Shown here one piece after another: positions 1 to 9,925 of a stretch of 9,925 bases of DNA. The position numbers were made by a program, and so were the translations under genes. The notes beneath the pieces are model-generated. The model did no database searches. It saw only the letters and a program-made list of their open reading frames with translations, and was not told the DNA's origin. Source of the stretch: a virus. Lineage: Duplodnaviria; Heunggongvirae; Uroviricota; Caudoviricetes. Position 1 is the first letter of the stretch; each line of letters opens with the position of its first letter. Location of the stretch: positions 1 through 9,925 of the IMG/VR virus record IMGVR_UViG_2671180338_000006, one strand, 5' to 3'.

Positions 1-27
1 CGGTTAATTTATTCAGGGGAAGGCTGT

Positions 28-231
28 ATGGGAAAAGGTGGCGGTAAGGCACACACGCCTCGTGAGGCGAAGGATAATCTCAAATCCACGCAGATGATGA
101 GCGTGATTGATGCGATTGGTGAGGGACTGATAGAAGGTCCGGTGAAGGGACTGCAGAGTATCCTGGTGAACAAAACCCCGCTGACGGACACGGACGGTAA
201 TCCCGTGATACACGGTGTGACGGCGGTCTGA
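28..231 (+). CDS. J: J fragment 1 (N-terminal 67 codons, ends at in-frame TGA)
   Basis: ORF 28..231; the same frame continues to match gpJ immediately after the TGA (RAGEQEQTPPEGFESSG from 232). Confidence 0.6.
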   Translation: MGKGGGKAHTPREAKDNLKSTQMMSVIDAIGEGLIEGPVKGLQSILVNKTPLTDTDGNPVIHGVTAV

Positions 232-300
232 CGCGCCGGGGAGCAGGAGCAGACACCACCGGAAGGCTTTGAGTCCTCCGGTGCTGAAACCGGACTGGGC

Positions 301-2640
<2,340 letters not shown>

Positions 2641-3698
2641 GATAGGGAAAACCCATCTGGCTCAGGAGCTGTGGACGCAGATTGATAACGGTCAGCTTGC
2701 GCCTGACCTGGCTGAAATCAGGACGTCCATTACGGATGTCAGCAATGAAATCACGCAGACTGTCAATAAGAAACTGAAAGACCAGAGTGCGGCAATCCAG
2801 CAGATACAGAAGGTTCAGGTTGATACAAATAATAACCTGAACAGCATGTGGGCTGTGAAGCTGCAGCAGATGCAGGACGGACGCCTTTATATCGCGGGTA
2901 TTGGTGCCGGTATTGAGAACACCCCTGACGGCATGCAGAGTCAGGTGCTGCTGGCGGCGGACAGGATTGCGATGGTTAATCCTGCGAATGGCAACACAAA
3001 ACCGATGTTTGTTGGTCAGGGCGATCAGATATTCATGAACGACGTGTTCCTGAAACGCCTGACGGCCCCCACCATTACCAGCGGTGGAAATCCATCGGCA
3101 TTTTCCCTGACTCCGGACGGAAAGCTGACCGCTAAAAATGCGGATATCAGTGGCAGTGTGAATGCGAACGCCGGGACGCTCAACAATGTCACGGTAAATG
3201 AAAACTGTACGATTAAGGGCATGCTGGAGGCGACTCAGGTCAGAGGTGACTTCGTTAAAGCTGTATCCAAATCATTTCCGAAACAGGCTGGTACGTGGGG
3301 TAACACGGAAACACCAAACGGGACGGTTACAGTCACCATAAGCGATGATCATAACTTTGACCGCCAGATTATTATTCCGCCCATTATTTTTAACGGTATA
3401 GCGTATGACGATCCGGGGAGCGGAAATAACCCAGGAGGCACGCGATACACGGGTTATGGTTTTGAAGTTCGCAAAAACGGCGTATTAATCGCATCCAGAG
3501 AAACTAAAGGTGCCATTCCCGGTAGTTACAGTGCAGTTATTGATATGCCTAGTGGTGGTGGTAGCGTCACTCTGGAGTTTAAGATTTTCCAGAAAGGCAA
3601 TCAGGGGGCAGGCAATATCACCGACTGTACGGTGATTGTGACCAAAAAAGCGGCTTCCGGCATCAGTATTCGTTGAAATATTTATAACCCCAATAAAT

Positions 3699-3722
3699 GG
3701 CGTCAGGAATGACGCCTTTTTT
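3699..3722 (+). terminator. Rho-independent terminator downstream of J (copy 1)
   Basis: Stem ggcgtca, loop ggaa, stem tgacgcc, then tttttt. Confidence 0.7.
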
Positions 3723-3746
3723 ATTGCAGAAAAGCGAGAGGTAATT

Positions 3747-4751
3747 ATGCGTAAAGTTTGTGCAGCCATTTTGTCCGCAGCCATTTGCCTGGCCGTATCC
3801 GGTGCGCCTGCATGGGCGTCTGAACATCAGTCCACGCTGAGCGCGGGGTATCTTCATGCCCGGACCAACGTTCCCGGCAGTGATGATCTGAACGGGATTA
3901 ACGTGAAATACCGTTATGAGTTTACGGANCTGAACAGCATGTGGGCTGTGAAGCTGCAACAGATGAAGGACGGACGCCTTTATATTGCGGGTATCGGTGC
4001 CGGTATTGAGAATACGCCAGCAGGAATGCAGAGTCAGGTGCTGCTGGCGGCAGACAGGATTGCGATGATTAATCCTGCGAATGGCAACACAAAGCCGATG
4101 TTTGTTGGTCAGGGCGATCAGATATTCATGAACGACGTGTTCCTGAAACGCCTGACGGCTCCCACCATTACCAGCGGCGGTAATCCTCCGGCATTTTCCC
4201 TGACACCGGACGGAAAACTGACCGCTAAAAATGCAGATATCAGTGGCAGTGTGAATGCGAACGCCGGGACGCTCAACAATGTCACAATTAATGAGAACTG
4301 TCAGATTAAGGGGAAACTGTCAGCCAACCAGATTGAAGGCGATATAGTCAAAACAGTGGGTAAGGCTTTTCCGCGGGACTCCCGGGCACCGGAGCGGTGG
4401 CCATCAGGGACCATTACCGTCAGGATTTATGACGATCAGCCTTTTGACAGGCAAATTGTTATTCCGGCGGTGGCATTCAGCGGCGCTAAACATGAGCGGG
4501 AGAATAACGATATTTATTCGTCATGCCGCCTGATAGTACGGAAAAACGGTGCTGAAATTTATAACCGTACCGCGCTGGATAATACGCTGATTTACAGTGG
4601 TGTTATTGATATGCCAGCTGGTCGCGGCCACATGACGCTGGAGTTTTCGGTGTCAGCATGGCTGGTGAATAACTGGTATCCCACAGCAAGTATCAGCGAT
4701 TTGCTGGTTGTGGTGATGAAGAAAGCCACCGCAGGCATCAGTATCAGCTGA
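3747..4751 (+). CDS. In-frame fusion ORF: lom 5' fragment (3747-3928, signal peptide plus ~35 residues) joined across N3929 to a second J C-terminal receptor-binding module (3930-4751, allele 2)
   Basis: ORF 3747..4751 (334 aa) starts [28 protein letters not shown]... identical in style to lom at 4819, then after EFT-X continues [25 protein letters not shown]...[45 protein letters not shown]... ending [10 protein letters not shown], which is J C-terminal sequence. May be an assembly chimera. Confidence 0.5.
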   Translation: MRKVCAAILSAAICLAVSGAPAWASEHQSTLSAGYLHARTNVPGSDDLNGINVKYRYEFTXLNSMWAVKLQQMKDGRLYIAGIGAGIENTPAGMQSQVLLAADRIAMINPANGNTKPMFVGQGDQIFMNDVFLKRLTAPTITSGGNPPAFSLTPDGKLTAKNADISGSVNANAGTLNNVTINENCQIKGKLSANQIEGDIVKTVGKAFPRDSRAPERWPSGTITVRIYDDQPFDRQIVIPAVAFSGAKHERENNDIYSSCRLIVRKNGAEIYNRTALDNTLIYSGVIDMPAGRGHMTLEFSVSAWLVNNWYPTASISDLLVVVMKKATAGISIS

Positions 4752-4770
4752 ATTTTATAACCCATATACG

Positions 4771-4794
4771 GGCGCCAGAAATGGCGCCTTTTTT
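4771..4794 (+). terminator. Rho-independent terminator downstream of the second J module
   Basis: Stem ggcgcca, loop gaaa, stem tggcgcc, then tttttt; paralogous to 3699-3722 with compensatory stem changes. Confidence 0.7.
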
Positions 4795-4818
4795 ATTGCA
4801 GAAAAGCGAGAGGTAATT

Positions 4819-5418
4819 ATGCGTAAAGTTTGTGCAGCCATTTTGTCCGCAGCCATCTGTCTGTCCGTATCCGGTGCGCCTGCATGGGCGTCTGAACATC
4901 AGTCCACACTGAGCGCGGGGTATCTTCATGCCCGTACGAACGCTCCCGGCAGCGATAATCTGAACGGGATTAACGTGAAATACCGTTATGAGTTTACGGA
5001 CGCGCTGGGGCTGATTACGTCCTTCAGTTATGCCAATGCTGAGGATGAGCAAAAAACGCACTACAGCGATACCCGCTGGCATGAAGATTCCGTGCGTAAC
5101 CGCTGGTTCAGCGTGATGGCGGGGCCGTCTGTACGCGTGAATGAATGGTTCAGCGCGTATGCGATGGTGGGTGTGGCTTACAGCCGTGTGTCGACTTTCT
5201 CCGGGGATTATCTCCGCGTAACTGACAACAAGGGGAAAACGCACGATGTGCTGACCGGAAGTGATGACGGTCGCCACAGCAACACGTCTCTGGCGTGGGG
5301 GGCTGGCGTGCAGTTTAACCCGACCGAATCCGTGACCATTGACCTTGCTTATGAAGGTTCCGGTAGTGGTGACTGGCGAACGGATGCATTTATTGTTGGT
5401 ATCGGATACCGTATCTGA
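4819..5418 (+). CDS. lom: Lom-family outer-membrane protein (Ail/Lom/PagC/OmpX-type small beta-barrel), full length
   Basis: ORF 4819..5418 (199 aa). Signal peptide [24 protein letters not shown] with AWA-S cleavage motif; body ([78 protein letters not shown]) matches lambda Lom from memory. gagagg RBS 8 nt upstream of ATG. Position between J and stf as in lambda. Confidence 0.9.
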   Translation: MRKVCAAILSAAICLSVSGAPAWASEHQSTLSAGYLHARTNAPGSDNLNGINVKYRYEFTDALGLITSFSYANAEDEQKTHYSDTRWHEDSVRNRWFSVMAGPSVRVNEWFSAYAMVGVAYSRVSTFSGDYLRVTDNKGKTHDVLTGSDDGRHSNTSLAWGAGVQFNPTESVTIDLAYEGSGSGDWRTDAFIVGIGYRI

Positions 5419-5522
5419 CAACAGACGCCGATTTATCTTCTGTAAATATTGTTATGATACGCAGGTTCATCCACCTTATGGGGTGAACTGCGTTTGAGGA
5501 AACGTAAAGTTACACTGTCCTG

Positions 5523-5557
5523 AAGCCCGTGGCGTCACTGCTGCGGGCTTTTTTTAT
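5523..5557 (+). terminator. Rho-independent terminator downstream of lom, just upstream of stf
   Basis: Stem aagcccg (5523-5529), 14-nt loop, stem cgggctt (5544-5550), running into a T run to 5557. Confidence 0.7.
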
Positions 5558-5569
5558 TGGTGGAAAAGT

Positions 5570-8500
5570 ATGACAGTAAAAATTTCTGGCGTGCTTAAAG
5601 ATGGCACAGGAAAACCAGTACAGAACTGCACCATTGTGCTGAAGGCCAGACGAACCAGCAGCACGATGGTGGTGAACACGGTGGCCTCTGAAAATCCGGA
5701 TGAAGCCGGACGTTACAGCATGGATGTTGAGCATGGTCAGTACAGCGTCACCCTGCTGGTTGAAGGTTTTCCGCCTTCACATGCCGGGACCATTACCGTC
5801 TATGAAGGTTCCAGACCAGGTACGCTGAATGATTTTCTCGGTGCCATGACGGAGGATGATGTCCGACCGGAGGCACTGCGCCGCTTTGAGCAGATGGTGG
5901 AAGAGGTGTCACGTAACGCCTCCGCGGTTGCACAGAATACGGCAGCCGCGAAAAAATCAGCCAGCGAGGCGGCAACTCATGCAACCGATGCTGCAGCCTC
6001 AGCACGTGCCGCCAGCACGTCAGCCGGACAGGCCGCGTCGTCGGCTCAGTCAGCGTCTTCCAGCGCAGGAACGGCATCGACAAAGGCCCGTGAAGCAGCA
6101 AAAAGTGCTGCTGCAGAGTCATCAAAAAGCGCGGCAGCTACCAGCGCCAGTGCCGCGAAAACGTCAGAAACGAATGCCGCAGCATCACAAAAATCGGCAG
6201 CCACTTCTGCATCCACAGCGACCACGAAGGCGTCAGAAGCTGCCACCTCGGCACGGGGTGCGGCGGCCTCAAAAGAGGCAGCGAAATCTTCAGAAACGAA
6301 TGCATCATCAAGTGCCAGTAGTGCAGCTTCCTCGGCAACGGCGGCAGGAAATTCCGCGAAGGCGGCAAAAACGTCCGAGACGAACGCTAAGTCTTCTGAA
6401 ACAGCAGCGGGACAGAGCGCCTCAGCTGCGGCAGGTTCAAAAACAGCGGCTGCATTATCTGCCAGTGCCGCGTCAACAAGTGCCGGGCAGGCCTCAGCCA
6501 GTGCCACCGCCGCCGGAAAATCGGCAGAAAGCGCCGCATCATCCGCTTCAACAGCCACAACGAAGGCTGGCGAAGCCACTGAGCAGGCCACGGCAGCAGC
6601 GAGGTCAGCTTCCGCAGCGAAGACATCCGAAACGAACGCGAAAGCGTCGGAAACCCGTGCAGAATCCTCAAAAACGGCTGCCGCATCGTCCGCCAGTTCG
6701 GCGGCGTCATCGGCATCATCGGCGTCTGCTTCAAAAGATGAGGCGACCAGACAGGCGTCAGCAGCGAAGGGCAGCGCCACGACGGCATCCACGAAGGCGA
6801 CAGAGGCTGCTGGTAGTGCGACGGCAGCAGCTCAGAGCAAAAGTACGGCGGAATCTGCAGCAACGCGCGCTGAGACAGCGGCAAAACGGGCAGAGGATAT
6901 TGCATCCGCCGTGGCGCTGGAGGATGCGAGCACGACGAAAAAGGGGATAGTACAGCTCAGTAGTGCGACTAACAGCACTTCCGAGTCACTGGCGGCAACA
7001 CCAAAAGCCGTTAAGGCCGCGTATGACCTGGCTAACGGGAAATACACCGCACAGGATGCAACGACAGCACAGAAAGGGATAATCCAGCTAAGCAGCGCGA
7101 CCAACAGCACGTCTGAAACGCTGGCGGCAACGCCAAAGGCAGTAAAAGCAGCCAATGACAATGCTGAGAAACGTCTGCAGAAAGATCAGAACGGTGCGGA
7201 TATCCCTGGCAAAGACACCTTTACGAAAAATATTGGTGCCTGCCGTGCCTTCGGTGGGTCAGTAAGCACAACAACAGGAAACTGGACGACTGCACAGTTT
7301 ATCGAGTGGCTGGATTCTCAGGGAGCATTTAACCATCCATACTGGATGTGCAAGGGTTCCTGGTCTTATGGCAATAATAAAATCATTACTGATACTGGCT
7401 GCGGTAATATTCATCTCGCCGGAGCTGTCATTGAAGTAATGGGGATAAAGTCAGCGATGACGATCCGCATTACCACTCCGACCACATCCAGCGGTGGCGG
7501 AACAACCAACGCCCAGTTTACCTATATTAATCACGGAACAGATTATTCACCTGGCTGGCGAAGGGACTATAACTCCAGAAATAAGCCAACGGCATCAGAG
7601 ATCGGGGCGCTACCGTCAGGTGGAACAGCAGTATCATCAGTTAATCTGGCTTCAAAAGGTCGGGTAGCCGCGCTGACAGACAATACGCAGGGGGCAGCAG
7701 GTCTTGAGTTATACGAGGTGTATAACAACGGATATCCAACAGCGTATGGAAATATCATTCACCTGAAAGGGATGACAGCCGTTGGCGAAGGTGAGTTACT
7801 CATCGGCTGGAGTGGTACAAGCGGTGCTCATGCTCCGGCATTTATTCGTTCACGACGGGATACGACCGACGCAAACTGGTCGCCGTGGGCGCAGCTTTAC
7901 ACCTCGGCTCATCCTCCTGCAGAGTTTTATCCAGTCGGTGCACCAATCCCGTGGCCATCAGATACCGTTCCGTCTGGTTATGCCCTGATGCAGGGGCAGA
8001 CTTTTGACAAATCTGCTTACCCGAAACTTGCAGCCGCTTATCCGTCAGGCGTGATCCCTGATATGCGTGGCTGGACGATTAAGGGCAAGCCCGCCAGTGG
8101 TCGTGCCGTATTGTCTCAGGAACAGGATGGCATTAAATCGCACACCCACAGCGCCAGCGCATCCAGTACGGATTTGGGGACGAAAACCACATCGTCGTTT
8201 GATTACGGCACTAAATCCACGAATAACACCGGGGCGCATACGCACAGTCTGAGCGGCTCTACAAGTTCAGCTGGGGCCCACCAACATAGTCAGACTGGGC
8301 CCAGAACGAATAGCGGGAGTCAACCTACTGGAATGTTTCCGGCAGGGAGTACTCAAGTTAGCGGGACTAATCAGGTTGGTATCAGTGGCTCATTAACCAG
8401 TGGCACCTCCCAATGGGTAGGTAAATCATCTTCAGAAGGAAACCATACACACTCACTGTCCGGCACAGCAGCATCTGCGGGTGCACACGCGCATACTGTC

Positions 8501-8629
8501 GGTATTGGTGCTCATACGCACTCTGTTGCGATTGGTTCACATGGACACACCATCACCGTTAACGCTGCTGGTAACGCGGAAAACACCGTCAAAAACATCG
8601 CATTTAACTATATTGTGAGGCTCGCATAA
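5570..8629 (+). CDS. stf: Side tail fibre protein Stf (lambda Stf / T4 gp37-like), intact 1019 aa
   Basis: N-terminus [28 protein letters not shown]...[35 protein letters not shown] and C-terminus ...[31 protein letters not shown] match lambda Stf as recalled; Ala/Ser-rich shaft; HxH-rich distal tip. Stop TAA overlaps the tfa ATG (TAATG). Confidence 0.9.
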   Translation: MTVKISGVLKDGTGKPVQNCTIVLKARRTSSTMVVNTVASENPDEAGRYSMDVEHGQYSVTLLVEGFPPSHAGTITVYEGSRPGTLNDFLGAMTEDDVRPEALRRFEQMVEEVSRNASAVAQNTAAAKKSASEAATHATDAAASARAASTSAGQAASSAQSASSSAGTASTKAREAAKSAAAESSKSAAATSASAAKTSETNAAASQKSAATSASTATTKASEAATSARGAAASKEAAKSSETNASSSASSAASSATAAGNSAKAAKTSETNAKSSETAAGQSASAAAGSKTAAALSASAASTSAGQASASATAAGKSAESAASSASTATTKAGEATEQATAAARSASAAKTSETNAKASETRAESSKTAAASSASSAASSASSASASKDEATRQASAAKGSATTASTKATEAAGSATAAAQSKSTAESAATRAETAAKRAEDIASAVALEDASTTKKGIVQLSSATNSTSESLAATPKAVKAAYDLANGKYTAQDATTAQKGIIQLSSATNSTSETLAATPKAVKAANDNAEKRLQKDQNGADIPGKDTFTKNIGACRAFGGSVSTTTGNWTTAQFIEWLDSQGAFNHPYWMCKGSWSYGNNKIITDTGCGNIHLAGAVIEVMGIKSAMTIRITTPTTSSGGGTTNAQFTYINHGTDYSPGWRRDYNSRNKPTASEIGALPSGGTAVSSVNLASKGRVAALTDNTQGAAGLELYEVYNNGYPTAYGNIIHLKGMTAVGEGELLIGWSGTSGAHAPAFIRSRRDTTDANWSPWAQLYTSAHPPAEFYPVGAPIPWPSDTVPSGYALMQGQTFDKSAYPKLAAAYPSGVIPDMRGWTIKGKPASGRAVLSQEQDGIKSHTHSASASSTDLGTKTTSSFDYGTKSTNNTGAHTHSLSGSTSSAGAHQHSQTGPRTNSGSQPTGMFPAGSTQVSGTNQVGISGSLTSGTSQWVGKSSSEGNHTHSLSGTAASAGAHAHTVGIGAHTHSVAIGSHGHTITVNAAGNAENTVKNIAFNYIVRLA
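5900..6900 (+). repeat. Low-complexity Ala/Ser/Thr-rich shaft region of Stf with recurring AKTSETNA-type motifs
   Basis: Motif K(T/S)SETNA occurs at least four times (about 6160, 6285, 6365-6390, 6620). The GC-rich codon periodicity creates long stop-free shadow ORFs in other frames and on the opposite strand. Confidence 0.8.
6938..7160 (+). repeat. Two tandem ~30-residue tail-fibre repeats in Stf (KGI[V/I][11 protein letters not shown][S/T][11 protein letters not shown])
   Basis: Copies at about 6938-7028 and 7070-7160, period about 132 nt; near-identical protein, many synonymous nucleotide differences. Confidence 0.8.
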
Positions 8630-9145
8630 TGGCATTCAGAATGAGTGAACAAGCACGGACCATAAAAATTTATAACCTGCTGGCCGGAACTAATGAATTT
8701 ATTGGTGAAGGTGACGCATATATTCCGCCTCATACAGGTCTGCCTGCAAACATCGTGGCATCTCGTTGAAGATCATCGGGGTAAAACGGTTTATGACGTG
8801 GCTTCCGGCGACGCGTTATTTATTTCTGAACTCGGCTCATTACCGGAAAATGTCACCTGGTTATCCCCGGAAGGGGAGTTTCAGAAGTGGAACGGCACAG
8901 CCTGGGTGAAGGATACGGAAGCAGAAAAACTGTTCCGGATCCGGGAGGCGGAAGAAACAAAAAACAGCCTGATGCAGGTAGCCAGTGAGCATATAGCGCC
9001 GCTTCAGGATGCTGTGGATCTGGAGATCGCAACGGAGAAAGAAACCTTGTTGCTGGAAGCCTGGAAAAAGTATCGGGTGTTGCTGAACCGTGTTGATACA
9101 TCAACTGCACCGGATATTGAATGGCCAGTAGCACCTATAGGGTAA
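8629..9145 (+). pseudogene. tfa: Tail fibre assembly protein Tfa (lambda Tfa family), frame-broken by an internal deletion
   Basis: From ATG 8629: [41 protein letters not shown] then out-of-frame residues and TGA at 8767-8769. Tfa similarity resumes in the +1 frame at 8753 ([28 protein letters not shown]...[16 protein letters not shown], stop 9143-9145). About 22 codons of lambda Tfa between GLPAN and SWHLVED are missing. Confidence 0.85.
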
Positions 9146-9894
9146 ATTCGTAATGATTACCTAAATACGTTATTCTTTTGTTAAAAAAGTGATTTTGCTA
9201 TAGGTAGGGAGTATGTTCTTGGATTAAGAATAAAAAATCGCCATGAAAGAGCTTCATGGCGAGTACATAAACGTACAAAATGTGATGAAAGTAGAGTGGC
9301 GTAAGCCACTATATTAAGATATGACAATAGCGAAGAAAAGTAAATAACATTTTATGGACGTTTAATTGTTAATTATAAAAACTAGAGTGCCCGATATTGT
9401 TTATCTTGCTTTAAAATAATGTACTCAAACCAAATTTTTGAGCTAAAAGCTCAAATAATATAAATGCAATAATAATGTTTAATAAGACAATTAGCTTGCT
9501 TTGTATTTTCATTTCGGAATACTGTTAAGTAACTTTGATGACCCTAACAATAGATCGGAATTTTCTTAGAGTCAATGGTCACTGTTTTTGCTTGCAAAGC
9601 AAATGTTTTGGTGGTTATAAGTTGTCTTAATATAGTCACGCATGCAACTTGTTCCATGCGGAGATTAAAGATTGGAATATAACGCGAAGATGGAATTAAA
9701 TTACATTTGCAATAATCAATTTATTATTACTCAATAATTACCGATATTATTATTGTAAATTAATCATTAGAGTGCAAAAAGAAATGTAACGGCAAAATAA
9801 GAGGACGATAGCTGAGAAAAAAGCGTGCTTTCCCAATCTGGGGCAAATCACGTCTGAATGACACCTGAAAACAGGTGGTAGCCTCAAGAAGGCT
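9146..9894. other. AT-rich region with no ORF of 60 aa or more on either strand; possible degraded cargo/moron locus or regulatory region
   Basis: Abrupt compositional shift from the GC-richer tail genes; several short hairpins (ccatgaa-agagc-ttcatgg at 9241-9259; ttgctt-gca-aagcaa about 9586-9600; cgcatg-N10-catgcg at 9639-9660). Confidence 0.5.
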
Positions 9895-9925
9895 GGTGAT
9901 GCTGCCAACTTACTGATTTAGTGTA
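9895..9925 (+). mobile_element. IS1 terminal inverted repeat (first 31 bp of IS1, truncated by the window edge)
   Basis: ggtgatgctgccaacttactgatttagtgta matches the canonical IS1 left end as I recall it (GGTGATGCTGCCAACTTACTGATTTAGTGTATGATGGTG...). Confidence 0.8.

Larger units (their letters stand above)
2836..5000 (+). repeat. Tandem duplication, unit 1 = 2836-3928, unit 2 = 3929-5000: [J C-terminal module + terminator + RBS + lom codons 1-61]
   Basis: ctgaacagcatgtgggctgtgaagctgca... occurs at 2837 and again at 3930. The first ~350 bp of each unit are highly similar, then the J distal domains diverge; terminator, RBS and lom 5' end are again near-identical (3677-3928 vs 4752-5000). The single N at 3929 is exactly at the unit junction. 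Confidence 0.85.

Noticed and set aside
229-231. TGA in J as a selenocysteine or programmed read-through site
   Set aside because: No SECIS-like hairpin is evident immediately downstream and structural phage proteins are not known selenoproteins; a nonsense mutation or base-call error is far more likely.
3663-5421. Minus-strand ORFs 3663..3959 and 4744..5421 antisense to lom and the duplicated region
   Set aside because: They overlap lom, which has a clear signal peptide and family similarity on the + strand; the two antisense ORFs are near-copies of each other only because the region is duplicated.
5856-6950. 364-aa + strand ORF in an alternative frame (Arg/Pro/Gln-rich) overlapping stf
   Set aside because: Shadow ORF produced by the GC-rich Ala/Ser codon periodicity of the Stf shaft; extreme low-complexity composition, no independent start context; the stf frame has clear lambda Stf similarity.
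6046-7161. Minus-strand ORFs (6046..6792, 6387..6905, 6832..7161, 6138..6368) antisense to stf
   Set aside because: Antisense shadow ORFs of the same repetitive region (Ala/Asp-rich or Leu/Pro-rich low complexity); not credible genes.
7567-8252. Small ORFs 7567..7758 (-), 7782..7988 (+), 8045..8245 (-), 8067..8252 (+) within stf
   Set aside because: All are embedded in the stf reading frame region in other frames or antisense; 60-70 aa with no distinguishing features.
8693-9145. 150-aa ORF starting at an internal ATG, as a possible independent gene
   Set aside because: Its first ~20 residues ([20 protein letters not shown]) are the out-of-frame reading of the tfa 5' part; genuine Tfa similarity starts at 8753, so this is the 3' part of a frame-broken tfa.

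Overview
This window is the tail-tip and tail-fibre end of a lambda-like (lambdoid) prophage from an enterobacterial genome (E. coli/Shigella type), in lambda gene order J - lom - stf - tfa on the + strand. It is followed by about 750 bp of AT-rich sequence with no long ORF and the first 31 bp of an IS1 element at the window edge. All protein identifications are by recall of phage lambda proteins, not by search. The sequence is a draft scaffold: a 44-N gap (2462-2505) lies between two near-identical ~135 bp repeats, and a single N (3929) sits exactly at the junction of a ~1.1 kb tandem duplication. J is interrupted by an in-frame TGA (229-231), a frameshift near 1896-1910 and the N gap. The duplicated unit carries the J C-terminal receptor-binding module, a terminator and the first 61 codons of lom, so the second J module is fused in frame to a lom 5' fragment (3747-4751), followed by an intact lom (4819-5418). 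The two J distal domains diverge sharply; I rate this the most interesting signal, but a chimeric join of two paralogous prophages is at least as likely as a real alternative receptor-binding cassette. stf (5570-8629) is intact and long, with a compositionally distinct central module. tfa (8629-9145) is frame-broken by an internal deletion. No rRNA, tRNA or CRISPR array is visible.
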